A stretch of 63,612 nt of DNA, the filler included, from Chiloscyllium plagiosum (lineage: Eukaryota): the NCBI RefSeq assembly GCF_004010195.1. It is 4 parts of one record of this genome, joined end to end, with 100 filler letters (N's around TTAATTAATTAA, not from the genome) between each part and the next. Parts side by side here need not be neighbours in the genome. Positions count along the whole stretch, not along the records: positions 1 to 22,081 come from NC_057711.1; positions 22,182 to 41,274 come from NC_057711.1; 2 more parts are not named here. One strand, written 5' to 3'. Position 1 is the first letter of the stretch. The number at the start of each line of letters is the position of its first letter. The notes beneath the pieces were generated by a model. The model did not search any database. It was not told where the DNA came from and worked only from the letters and a program-made list of their open reading frames with translations. Made by a program: the position numbers and the translations under genes. Of the stretch, positions 13,405 to 25,250 are shown one piece after another.

Positions 13405-13862
13405 ATAGAGTCATTAGAGATGTACAGCACAGAAACAGACCCTTGATCCAACTCGTTCATGCCGACCAGATATCCCAGATTAATCTCATCCCATTTGCCA
13501 ACATTTGCCCCATATCCCTCTAAACCCTTCCAGATATTGTAATTGTACCAGCCTCCACCACGTCCTCTGGCAGCTCATTCCATATACATGACCTCTGCAT
13601 GAAAACATTGCCCCTTAGGTCCTTCTTAAAATTTTCCCCTCTTACCCTAAACCTATGCCCTCTAGTTCTGGACTCCTCCACCTCAGGGAAAAGACCTTGT
13701 CTATTCACCCTATCCATGCCCCTCATGATTTTATAAACCTCTATAAGGTCACCCCTCAGCCTCCAACTCACCACAGAAAACAGCCCCAGCCTATTCAGCC
13801 TCTCCCTATAGCTCAAACTCTTCAAACCTGAGCAACATCCTTGTACATCTTTTCTGAACATC
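13405..13862 (-). mobile_element. CR1 LINE 3' end
   Basis: ORF 13520..13864 LSYRERLNRLGLFS..RLRGDLIEVYKIMRG; tail-to-tail with the preceding copy. Confidence 0.9.
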
Positions 13863-14129
13863 ACAACAGTAGCTAACCATTGGTTACGAAGAGCCTTGGA
13901 ATGTTCTGAGGTTGTGAAAGAGGTGACAAAAATGCAAGTATTTTTTTTGACCCCGCATTAAATAGCCAGAGATACATGAAGCTGAAAAAAGTCTCTCTCC
14001 AACTTATACCACGCCTGAGGTCTGCACGCTCTCTCAAGTCCAGAATGATTACTGAAGATTACTCATAAAACCTCATACTAGTTCATAGGAAAGGCAACAC
14101 TTCCATTTGTATAGCGGCTGCAGAAATCC

Positions 14130-14625
14130 TGACTCAAAGTACAGCACGTTCCCACTGGCAACAACGAGATGAATGAGCAACTATCTCTTTTGGTAATGTT
14201 GGTTGAAGGATCAATACTGGCTCTGAGACACTGTTGGAGGATCAGCGCTGAGGGAGCGAGCGCTGTCAGAGGGTCAGCGCTGAGGGAGCGCTGCACTGTT
14301 GGCTGGATTAGTGCTGATGGAGAGCTGCACTGTTGAGGGTCAATGCTGAGGGAACAAGCACTGTCTGAGAGACGTTAGTAGGGGATGCCATATTGTCGGA
14401 AGGTCAGCATCGTGGGAGTGCTACCCTGTTGGTGAGTCGGCACTGAGGGAACACTACTCCTTCTCAGCATCAGTTCTGAAGGACTGCTGCACTGTTGGAA
14501 TTGCCTTCTTAATGATGAGGCATGAAATAAAGATTCACTTGCCCTCTCAGGTGAATATTCAAGATTCCATGGCACTATTTGGAAAAAGAGCTGGGAAGGG
14601 AAGCTCATCCAATGTCCTTGGGATT
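14130..14625 (+). repeat. Deu-domain SINE remnants with an internal ~32-bp minisatellite (about 14230-14500)
   Basis: Repeated cagcgctgagggagcgctgcactgttggagggt-like units followed by gccctctcaggtg...gattccatggcactattt, as in the Deu domain. Confidence 0.7.
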
Positions 14626-14989
14626 AGTTTAGAATGGCATCATGGTCAGCACAGACATGGTGGGCCAAAAGATGGTGAAATTTGAGTGCAATTTTTCTTT
14701 TATAAAGGTAGCCTAATGGTGACATGTAACCACTGTTGATTGCCATAAAAACCCATTGGTTCACTAATGATCTGGCTTATGTGTGACTTCAGTCCCTATA
14801 CAAAGTGGTTGACTGTACACTGCCTTCAGAGACTTTTTCTTCACAAAAGAGGGAATAAGGCAGGCATCATAGCTGAAGAGGACGAACACGAAACATTCGA
14901 TTTGATCAAGATATGGAAACAGGGAATGTTGAGGGAATTACTATCTTTTAAAATGAATAATCAGCACGCCTGGATGAAATGTTCCTCAG

Positions 14990-16630
14990 ACTGTTGAAAG
15001 ACATTTGGGAAGAAATAGTAGATGCTCTGATCATCATTCTCTTACCCTTACTGGATGCTGATGTAGTGCTGGAGGGTGGGAGGACTGCTAAAATTATTGC
15101 TTGCTTCATAAACCGAGCAGGAGATAGAACAATTTCAGGCCACTAGTGTAAACTTTAGTGGTAGGGAAATTATTGGAATCAATTCTGAGAGAGAATAAAC
15201 AGTCACTTTGAAAGGAAGGGACTCATCAAAGACAGTCACCATGGATCTTGTTCAGTGAAGATTGAGTCTGACTAATATGACATTTTTGAGGTGGAGAAAG
15301 TACGGACTGCAGAGTCAGAGTTGAGAAGTGTGACACTGGAAAAACACAGCCGGTCAGGCTGCATCCAATGAGCAGGACAGTTGGGAGTTTCGACATAAGT
15401 CCTTCATTGTGAAGGACTTATGCCCGAAACTTCGACTCTCCTGCTCGTTGGATGCTGTCCGACCTGTTGTGCTTTTCCAGTGCCTCACTTTTTGATTTTT
15501 GAGGTGGACGCAAGAAGATTGATGAGGGAGTCCGGGTGATGTGGTCTACAAGAATTTTAGCAACGATGAGACTCTACGTGCATGTAGTAAGCTGGATACA
15601 AAAAAAATCAGCTCTGTGACATGAAACAAAAGGTAATGGTAGACAGGTCTTTTTTGCAACTGGACGGCAGTTTACTGTGGAGTTCTATGGGTTTTATCCA
15701 AGGTCCCCTGCTTTTACCAATAAGAAAGAAAGACTTGGATTCAAGTGTCAGAGGTTTGATTGTGAATTTTGCAGCCAATGCAAAAAGAAATTGGTCTCGT
15801 GGTTGATAAAGTGGACAATGTACATCAATAAATTAGTGGGTAGAGAAGTTGTAAATATTAGGGCATGCATTATGGGAGGAGAACAAAGCAAAGAAAATAC
15901 AATAAATACAAGGATACAGAAATGCGTCCAGGAAGTAAGATACCTCAGCAGGAAAATCTCCCTGAAGTTAGTTGGACTGGTTGATAAGGTGTTTAAGAAG
16001 TCATATGGAATGCTACCCTTTAATAGGCAGGGCAGAGAATGTAAGATCAAAAAGGTTATACTGGAACTATATACCACAACTTGAGTACTGCGTGTAGTTG
16101 TGGTCATCTCATTGCAAAAATAATATAATTGCACTGGAAGGTACAGATGTTGCAAATGCAAAGCAGAGTCACCACTTACACAGGTTCAAATCCTGCATCG
16201 GCTAAGGTCCCATCTTCTGTACCTCGCCCCTCAGCCTAATAACTCTCACATTAAACCACCTGTGGTGTCTCTCTAATGAAAGCCCGATGGTCCTCTGGGA
16301 CTACGACAAGTCTACCTTACAGATGTTTACAAAGATGTTGCTAAATGTGGAAATTATACCTTTGAACAAATACTGGATAGGTTTGGGTTATTTCCAATGT
16401 CTTCATCCAGAGTTTAGGAGGTAACTGAAACTCACTGTTTGAAAAGGTAGCAGAGGAAGAAGCCCTCAATTCATACAAAAATTGAATGGATAAGCACTTG
16501 ATGTCTTGTAAACTCCAGAGATACAGACCAAGTGCTGGAAAATGGATTAGGCTGGGTGGTTCATGTTTAGCAGACACTGATATGAAGGGCAGAATAGCCT
16601 CCTTCACTGTAATAAATGTATCTACATTGT
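14990..16630 (+). mobile_element. Highly decayed CR1 ORF2 with nested PLE-end and SINE (about 16165-16320) insertions
   Basis: Residual VGKLLESIL, YGMLPF and LELYTT CR1-like segments. Confidence 0.65.
15296..15494. mobile_element. Palindromic PLE family A terminal insertion
   Basis: Axis at ccttcattgtgaagg (about 15401-15415); TSD atttttgaggtgga at 15282-15295 and 15495-15508. Confidence 0.82.
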
Positions 16631-17212
16631 CTAAATATCCCAAGAGAAGCCATTTGCCAGATGTGGGGAGATGGCATGGAAGTGACAATATGTGAAGTCA
16701 GCATAGACATGATCAATCACATTGCTTTCTTTTGTGCTGTAATGATTATTCAAAGAGGCAATAGTCACATTAAATTCACTTTCTAAATAGTGACGAAACT
16801 TGACAGACTAGGTGCTAATGACAAAATTGGAGGAATCAAAAACATTGTTGATCCAAATGATGGAAATGAATATGGTATAAACCATAAGATGTATGGCATT
16901 GAGCAAACCTGGAGGAATAGTCTTTTTGGGAGAAATAATCAGAAAAGTTTGGGAATCATTGTACAGTGTATAGGAAAGCTATGACATTTTTCAAATTTTT
17001 TTGACTCTTCATTGGCTCATCTTTTTCAATAATTATTTTATTTCCTGTAGTGTACATTTCTGATGAAAGTTGCATATCAAATAGATTACAACTTCCAATT
17101 TATTTCACCACTTTTTTTTCCCATCAAATCTGATACATCTTGAAGGCAATTTTCTTTTTACTTGGTATTGATCTAAAATTCATGTAATTTGGAAACAAAA
17201 TGAGTCTGGCAC

Positions 17213-17307
17213 CTTCTTGTTTTCATCTTTTTCTTCATCTTCATTTTCATTGTCTGTTTCTATTTCAGTATCATCGGTGTCATCACTTTCATCTACAACA
17301 TCATCAA
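17213..17307 (-). CDS. AGTPBP1: AGTPBP1 (CCP1/Nna1) internal exon, acidic segment (V)DDVVDESDDTDDTEIETDNENEDEEKDENKK
   Basis: 95 nt; acceptor ttttgttttag, donor AAG|gtgcca; phase 1 in, phase 0 out. Resembles the DDVVDESDD acidic region I recall from vertebrate AGTPBP1 and joins in frame to the next exon. Confidence 0.88.
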
Positions 17308-18599
17308 CTAAAACAAAAGAAGTTTAAAAATGTCTGCAACATCTAAACAACAATGCAGAGGTTTGTTAAGTAAAATTCAATCAAGCACATTGGTTACTTA
17401 GAACATGTAATAATCAAAAAGAGCTAAAGTAGTGACTAATAGTTAGTTAGTACACTGCAATTAGCATATCATTCGATAGTTCACTGCAATTAGCCTATCA
17501 TTTTTTATAAATGTAGGGCTTTTTCCTCATAATTATGACAAATGTACTATCTGTAACCAATAGATTAGAATGGTTGTTTGTCCAATGCACAGTCTAACTA
17601 ACCTTAGCATATTACTTCTGCTCTATGCCATCCTCTAGTTCTATTTTTCATCAAGGAACTTGCTCGTTTTAGTTGTCAATATAACTAAACGTTTTGTGGT
17701 CATTCTCAAATTTACCATTTTAAATCACAAAAAACTTTTAAAACTACATTTCACAATACTATGCACAAAAAATTACATTTGTTGTTACTCAATAGGTTTG
17801 TTTTCTGTATTACCTTATTATTATTTTGCTATATATTTGTCGACTGTTAAATGTTAAATGGTTATAAATTAAAATAATTGCTATATTTATTACCCTTTAC
17901 CAATCAAACAGGTTTGGAGCTTTTATTACTTTTGCAAGGAATCCATACACATTTCCAATAAGTTCAACTAGGAAAAGGATATTCAATTTTATCAACAATA
18001 CTGTACAAACAAACTATGCTAAATTATCCCAGTCCCTGTGAATCCCAATTTTTTTTTTCTAATCAAGATGGAGTTACTCTAATATACAGAATTGACAGTA
18101 AAAATGAATGTCATTAAAAATTATTTTTGAGGATTTCAATCTTCGTTCCAAAAGTGTTAGGAAAGAGCTGCATTTTGAAAGGAGAGCAATTTATTAATAA
18201 CTAAAGGTACATTACTCCTTGCCTATTAATATACTTGAGAACAAGATACTGAAGATGTACTCAGTCTGGCTTACAAATGACACAGTTGACCCTTAGCACT
18301 CTCTAAAGTGGCCTGGAAAACTGTAAAATAAATACTACAAACGCATGGCTCAAAACTTTCTTACATTAGTATAATGACAAGTGCTTCACTGATTGACACT
18401 GTTAAAGGTCGTGTTAAGTCTTTCTTCTAAGCAAAGACAGGATAGTCAACTAAATGTGATTTTGCCAACATTATACACATTCCAAGAATAACATCACAAA
18501 TAGGCATTTGGTAGTACTGAATTTGAGTATTGCTTAAATAAATGCACATTTAGTCAAAGCATCAAGGCAATTTGCAAGGAGTATTGAAGTAAATAGAAA

Positions 18600-18975
18600 T
18601 AAAATTCTACTGCTTGAGTGAGTGAGGGTTGATTAGTTGGTAAGTGGATGCTCTTTAATAGAGGTGTTGCCATGGAGAATGCACCAATCAGATGGTAACT
18701 GACTATTAACTGCCAAGCTTTGTTTAAATTTTAAACTAGGCAGATGTCATTGATTTCTGAGGGCATTGCCTTGATCAATGAACCACAAAACAGCTGCCAT
18801 CTAGTTTGTTGAATTATAACAGGCACCATGTTTTTCCTATCTGCAAAGATTAGGGGCCTGTACATGAATATTTGTAGCCTCCAGTAAGTGCAAGTGCACC
18901 ACACCCATGAGCCTGACTAACAAACTAAATTGGTTGTCAGAGTAATTGCTTGTACACAGGATTATTCAATAAGCG
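18600..18975 (-). mobile_element. Old PLE fragment (fourth family), GIY-YIG C-terminus
   Basis: Reverse strand reads LLNNP...NYSDNQF...HLHLLEATNIHVQAPNLCR, resembling the LEA.YI....P.L end of PLE endonucleases. Confidence 0.55.
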
Positions 18976-19078
18976 TTTTCTTATGTTTTAAGTTTTACAA
19001 ACACAGCCTACCTGGGTGCAAGCTGAACCTTGATAACAGCAAGATGAAAAGCTTTAATAAAATGAGTCTTTTCTCAGA

Positions 19079-19860
19079 CAAAGTGTACCCTATCAGTCGC
19101 ATCCCATGTTTGTCTCTTGAGGAGGTCATTACAGTTTCTCACTGTGGTATGTCGGAACTGGCGATTGATCAGTTGAGCATTGTACTCTGTTCTCATGAGG
19201 GCATCCACAGCAAGAAACCGAGAGGGGACCCTTCATTGTCCAGTACTTCCCGGAAGTGGAGAAACTTGGCCATGTTCTTCGCAGCCTGCAACACATTATC
19301 GGTGAGGATGACCACCTCACCAAGACCTTCCCTAACCCCCACTTCTTGCCTTTAAACAACCACCAAACCTTAAACAGACCATTGTTCACAGAAAACTACA
19401 CAGTCTTCAGGACAACATCAATCCACAACACCATACAACTCTGCAAGACATGTCAGAGTGTCGATATGGATAACACCATTACATGTGGGGACACCACCCA
19501 CCATGTATTTGGCAGGTACTCATGTGATTCAGCCAATGTTGCCTATCTCAAATGCTGCAGGCAAGAATGTCCCAAGGCATGGTCCATTGGCGAGATCAAG
19601 CAGACACTACCACAACAGATGAATGGACACTGTACAACAATTGCCAGATGGGGATATTCCCTCCCAGTCAGGAAAGACTTATGCAGTCAGGGACATTCAG
19701 CGTCAGATCTTTGGGTAATTGTCCTCCAAGGCGTTCTTTGGGATATGCAACAACACAGAATAGCCGAGCAGAGGCTGATAGTCAAGTTTGTTACCCATGA
19801 GGACGGTCTCAACTGGGACCTTGGGTTCATGTCACATTACAGGTGACCCCACTACACTAT

Positions 19861-19897
<37 letters not shown>

Positions 19898-20550
19898 CAG
19901 ACCCTCTCTCATACACACACACTCTCTCAGACACACACATACACCCTCCACACTCACACCCACGCACACACTACCAAGCATGCACTCATACAAACACACT
20001 GTCTCACGCACACACTCTCTCTTCCCACATGCATGCACGCGCACATGCACACACGCACACACGTGATAAATTTGTATTTGCAGATACATTCTATTTTTGC
20101 TCAAAAAGCACCCGATCTGCAGGCAGTCAATGCAGAGGGTCAATCCATATAACATTTTGTAAATTCCTATTTTGGAAATAGAACCAGTTTGACTCAAGAT
20201 TGGGATACAGACAGACTCTAACCTCACACCTTTAATACACTGTCTGAGCTGAGATGTCACCATTTTTTATATAACTTTAAGTTATTTCGAGAACGTGACT
20301 TAAAAAAAAGAGTCCTGGGATTTATATATTAATGAACCAAAACCTGCAACCCATTCTAAAAGATGAAAGACTTAACAGCAATCTGGGTTTGTTCAATACA
20401 TCATGTTAATTATATGACACTGTGATCTTTTGCCATAAATTCTGCGTATTATGATCCTGCCCACTAGTTACCTGATGTAGGAGCAGCGGTCTGAAAGCTG
20501 GTACTTTCAAATAAATTCGTAGGACTATAACCTGGTGTGAGATTTTTAAC
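19079..20550 (+). mobile_element. Penelope-like element family B, 5'-truncated with 5' inversion
   Basis: ORF 19256..19846 has CKTC...C.SANVAYL.C...C...IGE...MNGH...IAEQRLI..F.THEDGLN (GIY-YIG); CA-rich 3' region; degenerate hammerhead at 20472-20500; TSD tcttttctcaga at 19067-19078 and 20551-20562. Confidence 0.9.
19859..20065. repeat. (CA)n-rich microsatellite inside the PLE 3' region
   Basis: Direct reading of the sequence. Confidence 0.9.
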
Positions 20551-21056
20551 TCTTTTCTCAGAAAGACACAGTAATTAGCACTGTGCAACTTTCTGGAACT
20601 ACTGCATCAATAGTAAATAAATAAAGTGTCAAAACATAAAATATGCATATGTAAAAACAAAATTTACAAAAGCATTCATTCCTTAAGTTAATTTTCCACA
20701 AATTGATTACTTGTGTAAATCAAACCACAAAACACAAGTACTGTCCATGATAAGTACTCTTACCATAAAAACAAAATACTGTGGATGCTTCAAAGCTGAA
20801 GTGAAAGCAGAAGCTGCAAGAAAAACCTAGCTGGTCAGACAGCATCTGTGAAGAAAGAAAGCATTAACATTCGCATCTGAATTATTAACTACTTCCTTCA
20901 CCACAGATGCAGCCTTATTAATGAATACTTTTTGCATTTTCTATGTAACTGTGTTTTTAAAATTTATTTTCAGATCTCTTGGATTGATTGGGAATTTGAA
21001 TTCATGACAAATGTTAGAAGTTAAAAATGGGGATAAAGAAAGGGAAGGCATTACAT

Positions 21057-21520
21057 AATAGCAGTTCGGGGACGCATAAAATAACTAATTATCAATCTCA
21101 CAACGATGATATAGGAAGGGCGGAGCAGACAAACAAAACGGCAGAAAACCCTGTGGTGCTTGTAATACAGCGATAGAAAAGGATTGGGAGACGGATAGAA
21201 CAAGTATCGGTATAATTTGATATCTTGGTTAAGGAAGATATGATCTAAGAAAGGAAAACAAGTGGAGTTGTGGACAGTGAGGAGGGCTAATAGCAGTTCG
21301 GGTACGCATAAAATAACTAATTATCAATCTCACAACGATGATATAGGAAGGGCGGAGCAGACAAACAAAACGGCAGAAAACCCTGTGGTGCTTGTAATAC
21401 AGCGATAGAAAAGGATTGGGAGACGGATAGAACAAGTATCGGTATAATTTGATATCTTGGTTAAGGAAGATATGATCTAAGAAAGGAAAACAAGTGGAGT
21501 TGTGGACAGTGAGGAGGGCT
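21057..21520 (+). repeat. Tandem duplication, 2 x 232 bp, one mismatch
   Basis: Units 21057-21288 and 21289-21520 differ only at cggggacgc versus cgggtacgc; each ends with 27 nt of CR1. Confidence 0.95.
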
Positions 21521-22081
21521 GTTGTCGGCTGCAGAGGGACTTAGATATGATGCAGAGCTGGGCTGAGGAGTGGCAGATGGAGTTCAACCCTGCCAAGTGT
21601 GAGGTTGTCCATTTTGGAAGAACAAATAAGAATGCGGAATACAGAGTTAATGGTAGGGTTCTTAGTCAGGTGGAGGAACAGAGGGATCTTGGGGTCTATG
21701 TACATAGATCTTTGAAGGTTGCCACTCAGGTGGATAGAGTTTGTAAGAAGGCCTATGGAGTATTATCGTTCATTAGCAGAGGGATTGAATTCAAGAGTCG
21801 TGAAGTGATGTGGCAGCTGTACAGGACTTTGGTTAGGCCACAGTTGGAGTACTGTGTGCAGTTCTGGTCGCCTCACTTTAGGAAAGATGTGGAAGCTTTG
21901 GAGAGGGTGCAGAGAAGATTTACCAGGATGTTGCCTGGAATGGAGAACAGGTCGTACGAGGATAGGTTGAGAGTGCTAGGCCTTTTCACGTTGGAACGGC
22001 GAAGGATGAGGGGTGACTTGACAGAGGTTTATAAGATGATCAGAGGAATAGATAGAGTAAACAGTCAGAAACTTTTTCCCC
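21494..22081 (+). mobile_element. Young CR1 ORF2 C-terminal part, cut by the linker gap
   Basis: Uninterrupted frame (ORF 21502..): WQMEFNPAKCEVVHFG...LVRPQLEYCVQFWSP...RMRGDL; CpGs retained. Confidence 0.93.
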
Positions 22082-22181
22082 NNNNNNNNNNNNNNNNNNN
22101 NNNNNNNNNNNNNNNNNNNNNNNNNTTAATTAATTAANNNNNNNNNNNNNNNNNNNNNNNNNNNNNNNNNNNNNNNNNNNN
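22082..22181. other. Artificial join N44-TTAATTAATTAA-N44
   Basis: Exactly 100 nt; the linker has stop codons in all six frames; identical at three places. Confidence 0.95.
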
Positions 22182-22507
22182 CTTGTCTCAGTCCCAACCC
22201 TCGAACTCAGCACCATCTTCCTAACCTGCAATCTTCTTCCTGACCTCTCCATCCCCACCCCCACTCCGGCCTATCACCCTCATTTTAACCTCCTTCCACC
22301 TATAGCATTTCCAATGTCCCTCCCCCAAGTCTCTCCTCCTTACCTTTTATCTTAGCCTGCTTGGCACACTCTCCTCATTCCTGAAGAAGGGCTCATGCCT
22401 GAAACGTTGATTCTCCTGCTCCTTGGATGCTGTCTGACCTGCTGCGCTTTTCCAGCAACACATTTTCAGCTCTGATCTCCAGCATCTGCAGTCCTCACTT
22501 TCTTCTA
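22182..22507 (+). mobile_element. PLE family A 3' terminus with partly decayed hammerhead (22381-22408)
   Basis: Matches 32377-32680; ctgaagaagggctcatgcctgaaacgtt. Confidence 0.85.
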
Positions 22508-23129
22508 GATGGTTTGTTTTTTTACCCCGTCACTCCGTCTGACTCTGCCCCCTTTAATTTCAAGAAAATAATCCATGGGGTTTTGAGCGCGAAAAATGAC
22601 CATTATTACTATTACCCCACCAGCAAACTTTCTGCGTTGAAATTGAAGTGATTTTTTTTCTCCTTGAAGAGATATAAATGCAGTTTGGTAAAAAGCAATC
22701 ACTGCCCAGTTCAGAAAGAATAGTTCCCCCTCTGCCATCCGACTCTCATTGCCTTCTCCTTGTGGTGCGACTCTTATCTTCCTCCCAACCCAGGGTCTCC
22801 CTGAAAGTTCCTATTCCCCCACCCGGCCTGCAGAGGAACCGTTTTGGCTCTCGATGATCCTCCAGTCACACACTGGTTCTCTCACGGAATTGCTGCAGAT
22901 CGACTTACTGGTACGTCGGCAGCTACTCCGGTCAGCTGTAGGCCCTTGCAAAGTTTTTCACTTGTATTTGCATCAAATAAAACATAAACAAATTGAGAAA
23001 AAATAAACTTTCACTTCTTTTCTCGTTTGTGTTCATTCCCATGTAAGGTTATGTCAATATTAATGATGGGAACCCAATGAATAAATGGCAAATTTATCTA
23101 TCATGAGTATGTGTGGATTCGTGTGCAGG

Positions 23130-25250
23130 ATTCTGGATTCTGGAACTTCAGAGCAGCTTGGAGCAGTACAGTGCATTCATGAGACTGTGGTTGGACGATA
23201 ATACATTTCACGATGTGGCTAAAGGAAGTTCGGATAGAGAGTGAATGGGTGACCACCAAACAGAAAAAGGAAACCAGGCCTGTACTGAGAGAATCCCTTG
23301 AGTGTTTATCATTTGCAAACTCTTTTAGCCTCGAAAATGGTAAGAGTGACCACTGTAAGTGTGGGGAGGTCCGGCTGCTAGGCCTGGGAAAAATAAATAT
23401 CAAGGGTAATTCCTTACTGAGAGCAGTGGACAAATAATTTTGCAGCTGTAGACATTACTCCAGAATAGGCGAAAGTGCGGACTGCAGATGCTGGAGATTA
23501 GAGTGGAGAGTGTGGTGCTGGAAAAGCACAACAGATCAGGCAGCATCCCAGGAGCTGGAGAATCAACATTTCGGGCAAAAGTCCTTCAGAAATTCCAAGT
23601 GAAGGGCTTTTGCCCGAAACGTCGATTCTCCTGCTCCTCAAATGCTGCCTGACCTCCTGCGCTTTTCCAACCAGAGTCATTACTCCAGGATAGTATGTAA
23701 CCTCATGCATGCCATGGTCAAATATGTCATGGGCATTTTGAAGGAACAGCATGAACAGTCGGAATTCATGGTTCATGATGCAGAGAGGAAGAGGAGTTAG
23801 GTCTTACAAGTGGGAAAACAAAATTTCAAAGGAAGTAATTTTCAGATTACTCTTTGCATTATACCATTGTGAGAAGACATGTAGAAGGATAGAGCAGATG
23901 AATGTGGGGCTCGAGAGATGGTGAGAAGGCAAGACTTTACTTTCCTGATGCATTGGGACTGTTTCTGGTGGAAATGGGAGCAGTACAAGTTGACCAGGTT
24001 ACATCTGCATAGGAAAAGAACCAACATCCAGGTAGGGAGGGATGCTAATTCTGTTGAAGTGGATTTAAACTAACTTGGCAGATGACAAGTACTTTGTAGG
24101 GGAGAATGCTAAGATGAAATTGTAAGTTAAAATGTGAGAGACTCTGGAAGGCAGATGAAAGATAGGCTAGATAAGTGGGATATATTTTACTGTAAATAGA
24201 AAAAGGTAGATGAACTGAGGGCACTGATAGGCACATGGGAGTATGATGTCATAGCTATGACTGAATGGCAATGCAATATTCCTAGTTATAGGGTATTCAG
24301 ATGAGATAGGGAGGGAATACAAAGAGGAGTGGGTCACAATATTGACCACAGAATCAGTAATAGCAGTGAAGAGAAGTATATAGGATGATTATAAAGGAGG
24401 GCATGGGACAGAAGTAAAAAACACAACAGGGAAAACACACTGACAGATCTGTACTATCAGACCAGTCAGGGAGAGATAGTGGACCAAACGTAGAGAATTT
24501 TAACTATCCAAAGATTAGCTGGTTTAGTGTGAAAGCTGGGGAACAATCAAAATTCTTAAACTGCGTCCAAGAGAACCTTTGTACCTGGTATGTAGAAAGC
24601 CCAATAAGGGAGGGGAAGTTCTGGACCTAATATTTGGAAATGAGCCCAGGCAGGTGGAAGATCTATCAGTCAAGGAGCATTTTGGAGATAGTGACCATAA
24701 CTCAGGGGAAACTTAAAATGGAAATTAGGAAAGCTAAGAGAATGCGATAATTGGCAGATAGCATATAGAAAAACCAAGAGTGTTTTTATCTCAAATATGC
24801 AGAAAGCAAGAGGGCAGGAGTCAGACCCATAGAAACTAGAAAGTTAATCTGTGTTTGGAACCAGAAACATGGATGCAGTTCATAATTAACACTTTGCATC
24901 AGTCTTCTCAATGGAAAAGAATGATGCAGATATAGAAGCAAGGTGAAATATTAGATGAAATTAACATAGAAAGGAGTCTACATATTAGCAAAATTAGCAG
25001 CCTTAAAAGTGGACAGATCTACAGGCTTGGATGCAATATCCCCTATGCTGTTGAGGGAGGAAAGATATCAGAGGCCTTGGCAATACTTTACAATTCTCTC
25101 TGGCAACAAGTAAGGTGCCAGAGGACTGACAATGTCCAATTATTTAAAAAGGGATGACAGGATAGACAAATAAATTACAGGCCAGTTAGTCTAACGTCTG
25201 TGGTGGGGAATGTATTAGGGACAATTTTGAGGGATAGATTATATCTCCAG
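23130..25250 (+). mobile_element. Old CR1, ORF1 through ORF2 remnants
   Basis: Remnants of esterase, APE (ELRALIGTWEYDVI, EHFGDSDHN) and RT-proximal (NYRPVSLTSVVG) segments. Confidence 0.7.
23469..23677. mobile_element. Palindromic PLE family A terminal insertion
   Basis: Axis near ccttcagaaattccaagtgaaggg; TSD cattactccag(a/g)atag at 23453-23468 and 23678-23693. Confidence 0.82.

Noticed and set aside
14229..14500. CRISPR-like array
   Set aside because: Units are head-to-tail without unique spacers, in a vertebrate SINE context with no cas genes.
22126..22137. TTAATTAATTAA as a biological motif
   Set aside because: Always centred in exactly 44+44 N; an artificial six-frame stop linker.
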